A DNA stretch of 63,527 nucleotides, counting the filler, from Choristocarpus tenellus KU-1152 (taxonomy: Eukaryota; Protista; Phaeophyceae): the NCBI GenBank assembly GCA_964200185.2. It is 10 parts of 10 records of this genome, joined end to end, with 100 filler letters (N's around TTAATTAATTAA, not from the genome) between each part and the next. Parts side by side here need not be neighbours in the genome. Positions count along the whole stretch, not along the records: positions 22,857 to 41,135 come from CAXNAD020000569.1; 9 more parts are not named here. One strand, given 5' to 3'. The position numbers were made by a program, and so were the translations under genes. This document shows, piece by piece, positions 25,901 through 39,741 of the stretch. Numbering within the stretch: position 1 is the first letter of the stretch; each line of letters opens with the position of its first letter. The notes beneath the pieces were generated by a model that did not search any database, was not told the DNA's origin, and saw only the letters and a program-made list of their open reading frames with translations.

Positions 25901-28900
25901 ATAACTTGTAAAGCTTCTGCGCTTTTCTCACACTAGCTTTGTTGTGGCTGTCACTCCTGTTCCAAACACGTTCACCAGAGATCTCAATTAAGTCTGCAAT
26001 AATTTCAAGCGAAGACATACGCAGACAGAGAAGACAATGTACTGCAGGGTCAGGCCCTGGGATAGAAAGGAAAGTGTATGGATTGGTTTGTAAAGATAGA
26101 TGCATTGATCACTGCCATGCATGTAACTTGAGGCATTGCGAGGTTCACCATGCACACCATTTGGGGTTTGGATTGCAATGGAAATAGGACAAAAACTCAG
26201 TGCAATGCTTAAGGCATGTTTATGGTCGGTGTTCAAGCACATAAGGAGATGCGGCGATAACACTTGTCAAGAAAAAGTGTGCATACATACTCAAAGGAGT
26301 CACCATTGTTACGCCCTCGAGTAGTGACAATCTTGGCGAGTTTAACCGCTCCTAGTTCCCAAAAACTGGTTGTGAACTCTGTGAGGCTTAGTCCACCCGA
26401 TAAGTCCAGATCATATCTGGCGGCATGTGTTGGAGACAAAAGGGTTCAACACATCTTGAGCTTGCAAGATTTATTCTTTCAAGGAGTGCAAGTGCTAGTT
26501 AGTCTGTACCCAATAAGCATAATCCCTTCTGCCATATCATTGTCTGACCTGTCAAAAACCTCTTGACACCTTTCACCATCCTCCTCCAGATCCCAAAGCC
26601 TATGCTTATCAAGTCCTTCATCACCCCCAAAGGTGGCACTGTTGTAGCATGTGCCAGACCGTATGATAGCTCCTTGTCGTAGAAGATCCTAGAAGAAGCA
26701 AAGGTCATCTCAACCATGTCATGGACAATGTTTATCCAGGTACCGCAACCGAAGCCTACTATTGTATTACTGGCAAAATAGAGTACTGATGCAATACATG
26801 TATTTGTGTGTTAATTAAAGTTCTTGATGATTCCAATTCAGAGTGCTTACATATTCAAGGTGTTGACTCAATGAAACATGACTGTGATGTTAAAAAATCC
26901 AGAAACATGGTGAGGTGACTGGAAGAACCAAACCTTGATAGCTTGAGGAGTTGATGCAACTTACGCTATGCACTTGTATCATAGTATTTAAACACTGCAA
27001 AGTCCATTCTCAAATGGCAGTAAATATTTTACTAAAAAATATTCAAATCGTCTAATAGATGGGGACATGTTGGACCAAAATGGGTTGAAGATGGCCCAAC
27101 ATGTCCTCACGTACTACACACTTTGGTTCAAATTATATTTCAAACTGCATGGCCCTCCAAATCTAGTGCCCAGAAACAATATACCATCACTAGATGTCAT
27201 TGATTTACTCCTTTTCATTTAGGAGAGCCAGCAGATTTCCCACACCATAGCTGTTTCTCACACATTTTCAAGGTTACCTACATGGAATATCTAGAAGCCA
27301 GGTAGGTAGGTCAAAGATCTTTGCCACTCACCATGAATTGTTGCTGCAACAACTCCCCACCATCTCTATCCACAAGATCTCTAAACACTGACTCCGCTCT
27401 CTCAAGGAGACTCGAAAGGTTGAGTGAAGTGTCTTTCCCTCCATTGGCCCTTTTAGATTTGACATTACAGAATAAGGAAAATTGATAGGAAAACGGCCAA
27501 GTAAAGTTAACTATGGTCATGAAAAATGTCCTCTCACCAGATAGTTTTTGAAGTGTCATCACAGGTTAAAGGAGAGAGGCAGGGAAATAGTCACAAAAGG
27601 AACTGCAGGAATGTTTCAGATAGAGTTTCGTCTGCCTAGTAGTGAGAACTAGTGAAGAGATCTACCTAGTTACTTGTTGGTGACATGACACTGATATAAT
27701 GTCTTGTTTTGAGAGACCTCTGAAAGGTTGTGACCAATTTTGGAAACCTTGACAGTCATACGCAACACATGTATGGGTGAATAAATGACATTACTTTCTC
27801 AATAACTCTCAAGGTAAAAAAAAGGTACTTTGAAGTACTACAAACACATCTATGTATGTCCACGAACAAATGACGGGTTCATGTGCAACTTTACTACCAC
27901 ATCACAGTGCTCACCAACCAATCATTAAAGATCCTGAGCTTCCCACAGCTTCAACAACAGGCACTTGCGCGAGACACATGAAGAAGGAACAAGTCCCCAA
28001 TTTCCCCACATACATACATGTTACCTTGTAACCACCACCCTTGTGACTGGAACCTCCTCCCCTGAGGATCCCCGCTTTACCCACAATGAGGCCACTGTGC
28101 GTCCTCTGCCTGTCTGTGACAGAGGGCCTGCAGGAGTGAAGCCCTGGCCTAGGAGTTGTGGGTGATTGCTGTGGAGGTGTGGTTTGGATCGAGAAACAAA
28201 CACACGAACCTGGGAGTTTTCCAATTTAGCCATGCAAGGGTGAATGGTGGTGTCAGAACGTGACCAATGAAGGAAGACTTGGAAAATCTCAACGGACATA
28301 CACCAGTTTGCTCTGAGAGGTGAGCTGGAGAGGCTGAGGGGTGATAAAATGAGTTGATATATATCAACACACACGCTAGCAAGAACTCTCACTAAAGAGC
28401 AGGAAAGGAGGTTCTATTCTATACAATTAATTGCCAGCCCCCCAAATGAATCGATTCCCTCACTTCCACAATATCTTCCCCATCCTCTTTGCTGTCAGAG
28501 CGCTCACTGCATGTTGCCCTGGCTGACGCCAGGTGCAGCTCTTTACGTGTGTCAAGGATCAGTGCTGCATCAACCTGTTTGGGCATCAGAAGAACAACCA
28601 ACATCATGTTTCCAGTGGATGAAGTGAGAAAGGATTAGAGGTCACCTGGTGCTCCCTTGCAATTGGATGAATTGGGACAGATGGAACCAAAGTTGGATTA
28701 CAAATGTCATGACAAAAGTACAGATTTGAAAATATCATGAAGATTCATTGTGCTAATCTCCAGACTTGTCCTAAATCTGAGTGGAGTCAAACAAGCAAAA
28801 GTCACTTTCCTGCATATTATTCAAGTACTTTGAAGTGTCAAAGATGCCGATTGGTTGCATTAGTTACCTAACTGACCCTTGGGTGCCCATACACCTCCTT

Positions 28901-31900
28901 CAGGGCGACACCATAACCTGAAGGTTAAGAACATAGCATTTTCCCTGCTATCCTCATCATCACACTCCCTTCATCCACAGGCATAAGCAAAAAGTCTCAT
29001 CTACCAAAGTTTTTCTGCCTTTGCAGACATTGGTGAATAGGGCCACATGTATTTCAAAATTCAACATGTTGAGAATGACTTCTTGACTGAGGAAACTGTT
29101 CTGGGAGAGAGAGGAAGCTGAAGGACTTACCCCCTGACCTTCCGCTACCCCTCCTCTGTCTCCCACAATACCCTTTAGCTCTAGTGGTGCAGTGACATTC
29201 ACAAGAGACAGTCCTTGCAGGTTGAGCTGGAATGCAGGATAGGGAATCAAGGATAAAAAGGTGTAAGAACAGCTATAATGAGAACGTTTTACACATTGTT
29301 ACATACTTACATAATGAGTCATCCCAAGGTTGAGAAGGTAGGCTACATGTGTATATGTGTATCAAAAGTAATTTTTAAACTAATGACACAAGCAAATGCT
29401 GTAATGAGCCCAAAAAAGGATGCATGAATTTTACAATATTCCTTGCCATCTCAATTTTGTTGTTTTACTAAAAAATTATCGTGACCTCACTGTATGTGTG
29501 AATAACACTTGACTTCCAATGTCAAAGCCGTCAACCACAATCACCAATGGAGTGATCATGGATTGATCAGCTTATACAGGGAAGGGGCTATGATTTTGTT
29601 TTCTACAGAGTACTTTGAAGTACTATTTTGGAGATGCCAAAAATGATCAAAAGTTAATTCCTATCTAAAAGCACACCAGACATTAATCAAACTTGCCGCA
29701 TGTCACAGTTCCCATCAAGAATTCTCCCCCCTCTACAAAGTCAAACGACTCTTCATCGAACAACAGAAACTGAAAAAAACATAGCATTTCACGTGATTGG
29801 TGCACCGTCTCCTGCATTGACTGGGTGGATTGACTGTGACACACAGGTAAACAGCAGTGCCCATATACAGTCACAAGAGACCATAGCACATTTTGAAATT
29901 GTCAACTGGTTTGAAGTTTTTTTTATACAACAGGGACTATACCACATCATGTATTGGTAGTAGCCTTCAAAACGAAATCTGGAACCTAACTGTACCAAGC
30001 TGAGCTCATTACACTCTGGAGTGTGTAACAATTACGTAAGTAACAGGAATCTTGCCAGGCTTGAAACAGGTGTTTCATAGTATGACCAGGACAAGGTCAG
30101 TCTACTGAGGTGTGACTGCAAGTGCGGTCCCTGGCATGTCTTCCATGGGCTACCACTTTTAGAAGACTGAAGACCCACCAATGAACAAAGTGCATTGTTG
30201 CACTAGTATGGAAAGGAAGGGCAGTGTAGGACCAATGTACTCACACATGTATAATCAGAACCACAGAATGCACTACTACGGCATACCATTGGTCACACAT
30301 TCAGTGCATCACACCTGGTTCACGGCATTGAGGATGGTGCACATCCCGTACTGTATATCTTCTGAAGCCTCTTGTTGGAGAGATTGCAATGCCCTATCAA
30401 CACAGAGCGAAACATTGGTGCATTTAGTATGTGTTCATATGTGAGTGTTTCTGTTGTGCATGAGTTTCCTTTCAACTACAACATTAGTGATGTAGTTGAC
30501 ATGTCTTACCAGCAGCAGGACAAATCTCCTCTTGGTCGATAAGGCTGAGAAGAATGTGTGAAGCGATGGCAGGGTCAAGGTTCACAACAGAGCGACAACA
30601 ACATAAGGTGCATTGGCATTGCTAGATCGAAGGTGCAATAGACACACACCCAAATAGATAGCCAGTACTGCAGGGTCTGAGACCTGCACAGTAAGCCACA
30701 ACTGTGAAGCTGGCAGGATGCACCAGGTGCATACAGTGCAACCATTGACTCTACATAATGTTCATTTTGCCACCACATACTTCAACATAAAGAACCATAG
30801 CCGACGCAATACTATATGATGCAAATTGATACTGGGAGTGTGCTGCATTGCAGTCCAAAAAAGGTCACCATGGAATTCTGTTTCATGGGTCCTTGTTCTC
30901 CAGACAAATCATGCCAGACTTGCAACAACATGGGTCAACATGTTTCATGTTCTAGTGCATTGACTAAAATGCACTAGACCATGAAACACAACTGCATGCT
31001 ACTGCACACCATTGGACTTTTCAAATCTACCTAGCCTCTGAGCACCTGTAGAAACCTGTTTCTTTTTGGGATGCTTCATCACATTCAAAATCAAGGCATC
31101 ACCGCTGTGTAACTGTAGGCGTAACATTTTTCAAAATCCGTACATAGAATCAATGCACTGACATTTTGAGAAGAGGTTACACGTATCAAGGTGGGGCCAT
31201 GATACACACAGTGTAAATAAACCCTTGAGATGTAAGTGACATATCTCGTACATGTGAACAAGAAAATACTGGAAATATGCACTTGCAGCATCAAAGGCAC
31301 AATATGATCTACTTAGCTCATGGCAGTGACGAACTGGGACAAATTGGAGATTTGATATTCAGGATTTTTTTTTTCTCAAATAAGATTATACTCCAAATCC
31401 TTGCATAGGTGCCCAGACAAGCTAGGGAGATGAGGTTGCTACTCAGTCTGTGATACGAGTAAACTCAACCATGCTCGGGAAAATCGTCTGGGGCAATTAC
31501 AAGTTCTCTGGGCACTGATTACTAATGCATATAAAATTTCCCATAATCCTACTACTTACTATATATATACTAGTAGAGTAATCATGTTACAATCATTTTC
31601 CTGTTTGAAATGTTCCACATCTCTGCAGTACTCTCAAACAATATGACCCGACATGTTACCAGAAATCGACATAACCAAGACCTCTTCTCAGCACAGAAAG
31701 GTTCGAGGATGTAATACAAGCGGGGCTCAACACATGGGCCAGCAACAGCCGCAGGAAAGCATGCTTGTTTGGGGCAAACAATTAAACTCACAACTGCCAA
31801 GAATACATTGTTTGAGAAGAGAGAGCATTAGAAACTAAATCAAACCAGGGTAAAAAAAAAATCACAACAACAGTAACGCCTGTTCAAAACTCTTTACACC

Positions 31901-34900
31901 AAGAGGGGGATCAGAACGATGCTATCAAATCAACGAAACCAAAGAGGTACTTCAGAACAACAAGAGGCACACCTTGCATCGGCTGTAACCCCTTTATGCT
32001 GCTTGATACGCTTATTGTTTATCTGGATTCCTGAAGCGGCTAATCTCATGGTGCCCAACCAGATGGCGAGGTTGGCGCAGGTCTCTGCCTTCTTCCACCT
32101 GATATTGAGGGGGAGGATCAGTGTTGAGGATGAGCAGCTAACAAGTTGATCACAAACGCTATCCACTCACCCAAGAATCAGTATTGCACATGTTGAAATC
32201 CTAGATACCTTACTGCCAAGCTCTCTGAAGACTCAACAACAGTAGTATTACTGGAGCAAAAAAAAAAGAAAAGTCAGCCCACAGCAACATGGTAAGGCCC
32301 CGGACCAAGTCTAGAATGATGGAGTGATTGACATGTAGAGGACAGAATCCCTAACCCTAGAGCTCTTTTGCGCTGTAACCACACTGTACTACTGTGCTAT
32401 GCACCTCCTCCACTCGCCATACTAACATAACTCACCCCAAAGCCGTGAAGAGTGGGCTGGTAACACCTCCGAACATGAGCTCTGGCTGAGTGTCAGCATC
32501 AAAGGACCTGGTTTGCAGCATTTCAACCATGGTTCACAATAGCCAGGTAATGGCGAAGGGGTCAGGGAGAGGGAGTACATCAAACACTCCGAGTTCAGTA
32601 AATTTGAGATGCATATGGAAAGTCCACCAATGCTAACGGCAATAACACCTGTCTGTTCTTCTCAAAATTCAGTCCCGGCCACTGCAAACCTTCTTCAGCG
32701 TCCGTTGCCAATCTGTTGATGGGAGCCACTCCATGTCTCAATAAGCCATACTAGATCTCCTTGCGTAGGACTAAGAGGAGCACAAACCTAATATCCACAC
32801 AAGAATCACGTGCCAGTCACTGAGAAGACCTCTGCTGGTGAGACACAAACCATGACAAGATGGTGATGACTGCATGCGACAACTCTACACACATATGAAT
32901 GCTGCAGATCTCGACTCCATCTTTTGGGTATACCAATAGTGCAAAGACAAAAAAGCAAAGAGGCACACAGTCGCAAGGTCACTAGTAGGTAGAATACAAC
33001 AGCAATGGAGGTACCAAGGTTAACAATAAGGGCGAGAACATTTGCACAACTAAAGCTCTACAAAAGGGTCATACTCCAAAGTGGCGGAAACATCTAGCAG
33101 TCAAGTTGTGAGGTATGCTCCCACATAAGCCCAATAAATGGACCATTCAACAGTTTTTTTTCCTTCTTTGTTTTGCACAATCAAGGTGTCTCAAGCTGGG
33201 GAGGAAAGGCAGCCCTCAATTCATGTCCAAGCCCCCAAGGGTGCTTAGGGCTCACTTTGTGGCTAAAGTCTGAACAACTACATCAAATGCCTTCAAGTAC
33301 CTACTACAGGGTTACATTAGTGGGAAGGGTGTACTCACCCAAAGTAGAAGCCTGTCGTTAGGTCATTAGAGATGCTTCCCAAGAGGTCGCCTCCGGCTAG
33401 GATTTCCTTTTGCACAGCATCCTGTTTAAAGCACACAGATAACCAGCATTTGACTTTGGAAAAACATGTTGTATCACTGAAAACCCCCCCCCAAGATAGT
33501 TGTAAGCAACGGGAAAAGTGGAGCATGATCATACGTCTTTCAATGGACTGTGAAGTACCAATCAACACAACAGCGTGCTAAGGACAGCAGAAACTTACTT
33601 ACTCTGACCTAGAAGGTTCGGGATATACTTGCATAGTGTGTCCAGCAGGCACACACACACACACACACACATATATCTAATTACAATCCATACGGGAAAT
33701 TTCCAGAGTAATATTGAGAGCAAAGACACATCTATTGTCAACACAACAATAGGGAAAAACCCCCAAATTGTCCACAAGAAACACCCTCCCCACACTCTCA
33801 AACACAGTGCCTGTAGAAAGTCAATGGGGAGAAGCTCGCGAAGCACTGCATCCCAGCTGTTCCACCACAACGGGCTCCCAACAGACAAGGAGACAGGTGG
33901 TGCTCCCCCTTCATTCTTGCCTGCCATAGCTATGGTGGAGTTGGCTTGGGTTTCAAGCATATCTTGGTACATGTGGTCAAAAAAGCCGCTCTAGGTGTTA
34001 GTGGGTCCAAGCACAGAATTGGGCGAGAGGGAGAAATATTGTGGGCTGGGTAAGCAGATGTTGGAAGGGAAGACATGGCCAGTTTCCATTCTGCAATTCA
34101 GACTGCAGTTCTGCGGACAGGATGATCACAACGTGTTGATACAGTGCCAACAGACCAGGGCTCCAAAGACTTTGATAGAAAAAAAAGAGGGGATTTTGGT
34201 GTTCTGTCAACATCTACTTGCCTCTGCACTGAGCGGGAAAGCTACCCAAGGAGAGGTTGGAACCAGGAGCTATCGCCGGTTTCATTTTGCTAGCAATTTG
34301 ATTGTCGCTTTACTTGCACTGTCCTCTTCCCCATGGAACACTGCGTGCTTAGTCACAGGAGTAATCTTGCTGTTATTGATGTGACATATATCCTTCAACA
34401 GCACCGGTAAATCCCCAGTCAAGTTAAAGTCTGAAGTACACTGTCAACTCTCTGTCCCTTCCTGTAGACACGGCAGCGGCATACTGGTTTCTGCTCCAAG
34501 TACTTGCCCGTGGGCTTGAAACTGTACTAACTAGCCATAAAACGATTTAGCTCAAGGGGGGTACGAAACGACCGTACTCGAGAACACTTATAACGCCTCC
34601 CCTGAAAGGAGAAAATCCTCAAGTTCTGTGTCCACAGGTCATCGCATCTTCATCAAAGGCACGAAGGATAATCACTTAGGTAAAAGGCACTGCAATGTGA
34701 AATAGAATACCACCACAATCAAGACCATTTTCCTCAATCCGAACCTTGAAGACATGGGGATCTTGAGTGCGAACTAATGGCAGGCAGCCGTGGTGCATGC
34801 ACCTGCTCGCACAATATGACGGGAAAGTGAATATCTGGAGTCAAGGTAGGGGGCGTGGGCAGGGGCTGGGTTTGAATCACTCAGGGACTGTCCCTAACCA

Positions 34901-37600
34901 ACGCATCTTCTATGCATGTGAGGTGATTACTTTGTTGCTTGGAGTATCAACTAGTAGATGCATTCATCCACAGTGAAGACTTGGGAGGCGTTAGACCCGG
35001 GCATTACAACCACAAGCGTTTTTGTTTCCATGTAAAAAAGAGGTGGAGACCTAGAGACTCCCTCCCCTCATGGAGCACACTGGTTCTATTTAAGGTGTGG
35101 TGTGGTGCTTCTCTACTGCAGTCTTTGTTCAGCACAGGGTTAGGGTTAGGGTTAGGGCTAGGGTATGAGGGTTAGGTTGATGTCCTCACCGCCAGTTGGG
35201 CCACTCCCTCAGGGAGTTAGACTCGACCATGTCGCAGAAGAGATGACAAAACTCTGCATTGGTAGCAGGCAGCACAAACCAATACTCTTCTGGCCTGAAG
35301 TAGGCAGCGAGCATGGATAGTGGGTGACATTGAGGTGATTCATAGCCTTGGGTGGGCGTCTACAAGGGGTCAAAAATCACAACCCGGATGCATTGGTTAG
35401 TGAGAGGATACTGAATGGCCTGGATCCCGTGCCTTCTTTGTCCACAGCTGCGTAAGCATGATACTTCTTTTCCACACATGGTTAGAGTCTAGACCAAGAA
35501 TGAGTGGTACTATCCTTGAGTCTAGAGGGCATGACACAGATTGATTACTGTAAGACAATAATAGTCTACATGTCACGCATAGGCACTGTGATGAGTTCAT
35601 CACATAACCTAACCTACACCCTGGGTTATGCAACTACTTGGTAGTATTAATTGATAATCTCGACACAGCTCTGCTCCAATAGAGCAACCCAAAATTTGTC
35701 CAGTCATTCATTAAGGTGCATCAAACTAGGCTGGCACACACCCTCCAAGTGAAACCACTAATCATATCAGCACTTGAGCATGTGGACAACACACACACAC
35801 ACATAGTACAAAACATCAATTTTCAGTCTATTTCAGTGAGGGAACAATTTATGATACTTCGGTGAGATGAGGTGTTCAACACTTCCTTGTCACCTGCAGA
35901 GTTCATCAGCCTGTGCTGTAGATTCTGCATACGCTTGGCAAAACCTCATGGCAGAGGCAATGTCCAGCCCCGGTCTGGCACCACATTGCAAGATCTAAAG
36001 GATGCCACAGCACAAGTAGAATCAAGCAATGCAACCCCCCCCCAGTAACACCAAGGGGGCAGAGGGAGTTGTCGAGTGAACACATTCTATCGGCTGAGTG
36101 AAAAATGTAGGGTATTCCGTTGGTTTAATTGTTGCTTAAAAAAAAAACTGAGAGGCGGTAGCCCACAAATGCCAAACTAGCATAATGTGAGAGCTGCATT
36201 TTTAATGGGATCTTGGAAGAAAAAAAGACAAAATCCCTCTACTGCTATGATATTCATCAACCCTCGGGCGTTGCACCTGAACAGGATCGCTCACTCCATT
36301 CACTGAGTGTCAAGACATACCCTTGTATCTGTTGGGATACAATGGTATGGTGAGTGGCATTGAATAAAGTTTGTTAGGATACAACTAACAGTAGCTCATA
36401 AAATGTAACCAACAAGTAACCCATGGTACAGTATTCCAGAGATCTTGGGAATACTCAGCAGATTAGACCGCTAACCTGTTCACCTGCTTGACAACTGACT
36501 AGGTAACAACTACTGAAGCAAGTTCTTATGATAGCACAATGACAATATGACCAGAAATACTAGTAGCCGAAAAAAGGTACAATCAATTCTCTGTCAGAAT
36601 ACAATGCCACATTGGAATGGAACATGTCTTCCCGTCAAGCATACGTTTTCCTATGCTTGGACTTCCTAAAACATGGAGGGGTTCACACACTGACACATGT
36701 TCTGCCTCATCAGCTGGCAAGGGGGTGTCCTTGAGTTTGAAGGGTCCCTATGACTTCCTTCTTTGTGTTGAGGGCCGTGGAGGGCACTCTCGGTAAACCA
36801 TTCCATCACAGTTAATCTTCTTCTACAGCCACACAATCCAGGCTTGGGTATGTTGCATATGGTACAAGACCCAAAAAGCCCAAGAATTCACAAGTAACAA
36901 ATGAAGACCCCTCTAGAAAATTTCACTCAGGTATAACAGTGAGTGGTAGGGGACATGGATCAAGAAAGAGCACCTGTACCAGTGGAACTGACTATGCAAC
37001 ACATTGTGCTGAAAGGACTTCTTCATCCTGTAACATCCCTAAACGTTCCTCCCAAACTTGGTCGCACCATTGTCTCTTCTGGCTTGACTCAGGATCCTCA
37101 CCTCAAAAGCACGCCTGACAGTTGAGACTGCAGCATTGAAGTAGGGTACTGCTGTGACATAGCTCTTGTGGTTGAAAGCATCCACAGACTGGCACCAGGG
37201 ACTACGGTTACCTAGGGCCAAACACCACTTGTTCTCCTATGGACACACACATGAGAAACAGGTTGTGTAGCACCACATTAATCTATTCTCTTCACATGGG
37301 CGGTTTGAGTGTCGCCTGTAGTTCATGATCTGTAACACCCATGCATTTGAAAGTGCTAGAGTAGTATGCTCTATTGTACTCATCAGACCATGGGGAAAAA
37401 CATGGAACATGTGCAGAGGTCCAATATGGCGAATATTAGGTGTGAGCACTGAAAGTGCACATGAAATTTTATGTTTACAGAACTAGGAATTTACATAGAA
37501 GTATAGATGGGTCTTTCCTTAAGTAAGTGACCTGACATTTGGAGTTTACAATGTATTTAAGATATGGACTAGTGCATTTTAACCATATTAGGCTGTAGTC
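23000..37600 (-). pseudogene. Long decayed, apparently multi-exon coding relic (pseudogene or intron-containing transposon); boundaries approximate
   Basis: Several minus-strand segments with good splice signals (e.g. about 25881-26056, 30316-30394). Long frames are interrupted mostly by TGA/TAG (about 26230-26750, 33800-34520). One EF-hand-like DLDLSGGLSLTEF lies at 26374-26412. CpG is visibly depleted. Confidence 0.3.
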
Positions 37601-37789
37601 ACAAGAGGGATGTGTCTGGAGGGTATGACAACACAGCGTCTTTGACCATGGTATTGCACATGTTTACACAGTAGTACACTCCAACGACCTGCTGCAGGAC
37701 GGCAGTTTTTCATTATTTCTATAGGAAACAATCAACCAGCAAGATGTGGAACAACAAGGCAACATACGGCTCGTGCGAGTCTGTTTTAC

Positions 37790-38688
37790 CTGAAGGATTA
37801 TCTCCACCGCTTGGAGTTCGGCCGTTGCCCACTTGTCCAGTCGATCTGAGATGGACGAACCAATGTCATAGAGGAGGTGGCACCGGCTACGACGCATCTT
37901 CTCCACTCTGAGAGCTGCTTTGATCGCCTCATCCTGACGGAATTGGTCAAGATAAGAGGGGTCGCAGGTGCTTTATATGCCAGATATCCACCTTTTCCAG
38001 CGCTATGGTCTGTCGGCAAACTCAACTCTTCTGAATTGATGCTTGGCCATGCATAGCCTTGCCCGTTGGCAAGAACATTTCTTTTGAAGCAATACTCTTG
38101 CGCCATATAGTCAATGCTCATGAGAGGGCAAAACTCTGTTGGGTTGATATCTGAATATGTGCACATTGTATTCCAAGTAGCATCAGCAGTGGTGTGGCGT
38201 TGTAGGAAGACAAACTTGCCTGGCGGATGTTTGCGTACTTTTCTCTGGCAGAGTTTGCCATCACACGTCCTAAGATGCCGATGATAAGGAGAACATTGTT
38301 GATCACACTCAACGTGATCTCCCGGTCGAACCGTTCCACATCCAAGTGAATCGCCCCCGTCACGCCATGAAATCCGCGCACGGCCCACCTGATACAATTG
38401 GGTCACACACGTTGCTGCCTCAGCCAGGGGTGACATCGCCTTAAGAGCATATGGTCGGAGATGTGACACCATTCGCATATTAAAAGCAAGGACACTCTAC
38501 CTCATAATATAACCCTGCACATACCATCGGTATCAAGCTCACATGTATGATGTATCCCGTAGTTCAGCAAGGGCCCTATACCTCTCCTTCGTATCAAAAG
38601 TTTCACTTATTTGACTTTTGCTTGGAGCGATCGACAGGATGAGGAGGGTGAAGAGACCTAGGCAAGATTGGGCATGTTTCCATTTCAT
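37790..38688 (-). CDS. Uncharacterised protein with predicted signal peptide, first three exons
   Basis: ATG at 38688. Exons 38543-38688 (MKWKHAQSCLGLFTLLILSIAPSKSQ...DTSY), 38220-38388 (WAVRGFHG...KYANIRQ, donor CAG|GCAAGT) and 37790-37933 (DEAIKAALRV...VEIILQ, donor GTAAAA). Phases 2 and 0 match. Confidence 0.65.
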
Positions 38689-38947
38689 CCTTGCTTTGGA
38701 AACACGGTCTCGCTTATGGTAGGTCCTTAGCAAATCCACAGTCAGGTTCGTTCATCCCGTTATAAACCGGAAGCCAGGGGCGTGGGGCTATAAGGCAGGG
38801 TACAAACTAGAAATGAGCTGAAGTTGAGGGAGGTTGAGGTTGTGTAATTCTCCAGTTCGACTTCCGATATGGAGATCGAAAACGATATTTAATATCGGAC
38901 ATATCCTCCTCACACAACTCCTCACACAGAATACAGAACGAACAAGG
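38689..38947. promoter_or_regulatory. Putative bidirectional promoter/5' UTR region
   Basis: 259 bp between divergent start codons; CpG-retaining; TATAAA at 38762-38767 and GC-box-like GGGGCGTGGGG at about 38777-38787. Confidence 0.5.
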
Positions 38948-39741
38948 ATGGCTGCAGCAGTGGCCCGCAATAAGGCATCTGAAGGCCTCCGGATATCCCC
39001 TGCATACCCGGTCCCCGATTTTGGTTGCAGGAACTCTCGTCAGTTCCAGCACCTCGTCCAATTTGAGGGACGCACCCTTTGCCTTTGGGCAGGGGCTCAG
39101 GTTGGGGATGTCCTCCACGCCGTCTACACAAGCCTAGGAATCTCTGACGATTCCGTTTTTTATCTTGATGTACCCTGGCGCCTTACTCATGGGGGTAAAT
39201 TCCTGCGTGATGGTGACCTTGCTCCTGCCTCTCCAAGCGTTCTACGAGTATGGACGGGCGGACTCAAGGGTGGCAAGGGAGGATTCGGAGCCATGCTCCG
39301 TGCTATGGCAAAGCAGGTATGCGTAGCAGTACAAGATTGCTGGTACTGATATACCTTGGTTGTACATAGATCTTTCCAGAGCTGGGAGAAGTTCGTTGGA
39401 GCATTTGCATCTGAAAGGATGATGGTGCCTCTCTCTCTAATGCACCTATGACGATGACTGACCGCACTCGATCGTTCGTACGCTTAGCAAGTTCTTCCTT
39501 ACTGAGATTTTTTTAATGTGCCACCAATTGCGGTGATGTGTTGTTTCTCCAGATTCAACTTGCTTGCTAGCCGAGGGTGGAATTCACGTGAAGCATATCT
39601 GACGTGCCAATGCCGTTCTGTACTCGAACACCAGGCGGGTAAGAAACCAACGAGAGACTTTGGAGCTTGTCGTGACCTCCAGGGTCGCCGTCTGAGGCAT
39701 GTCAATGACGAGATGCGTCTGCAGAAGTGGCAAGAGGATAG
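38948..39741 (+). CDS. SDE2: SDE2 (ubiquitin-fold splicing/replication-stress regulator), first two exons
   Basis: Exon 38948-39316 ends ...GGLKGGKGGFGAMLRAMAKQ|GT; exon 39635-39741 reads AGKKPTRDFGACRDLQGRRLRHVNDEMRLQKW. GGKGGFGxxLR and CRDLxGRRLRHVN are diagnostic SDE2 motifs. Confidence 0.93.

Noticed and set aside
26230-34520. TGA/TAG read-through or an alternative genetic code
   Set aside because: Conserved genes (MMUT, SDE2) have no in-frame stops; stops in this region are better explained by mutational decay.
37798-38478. 226-aa ORF as a single-exon gene
   Set aside because: It runs across two inferred introns in a different frame from the phase-consistent spliced model, and has no recognisable motif.
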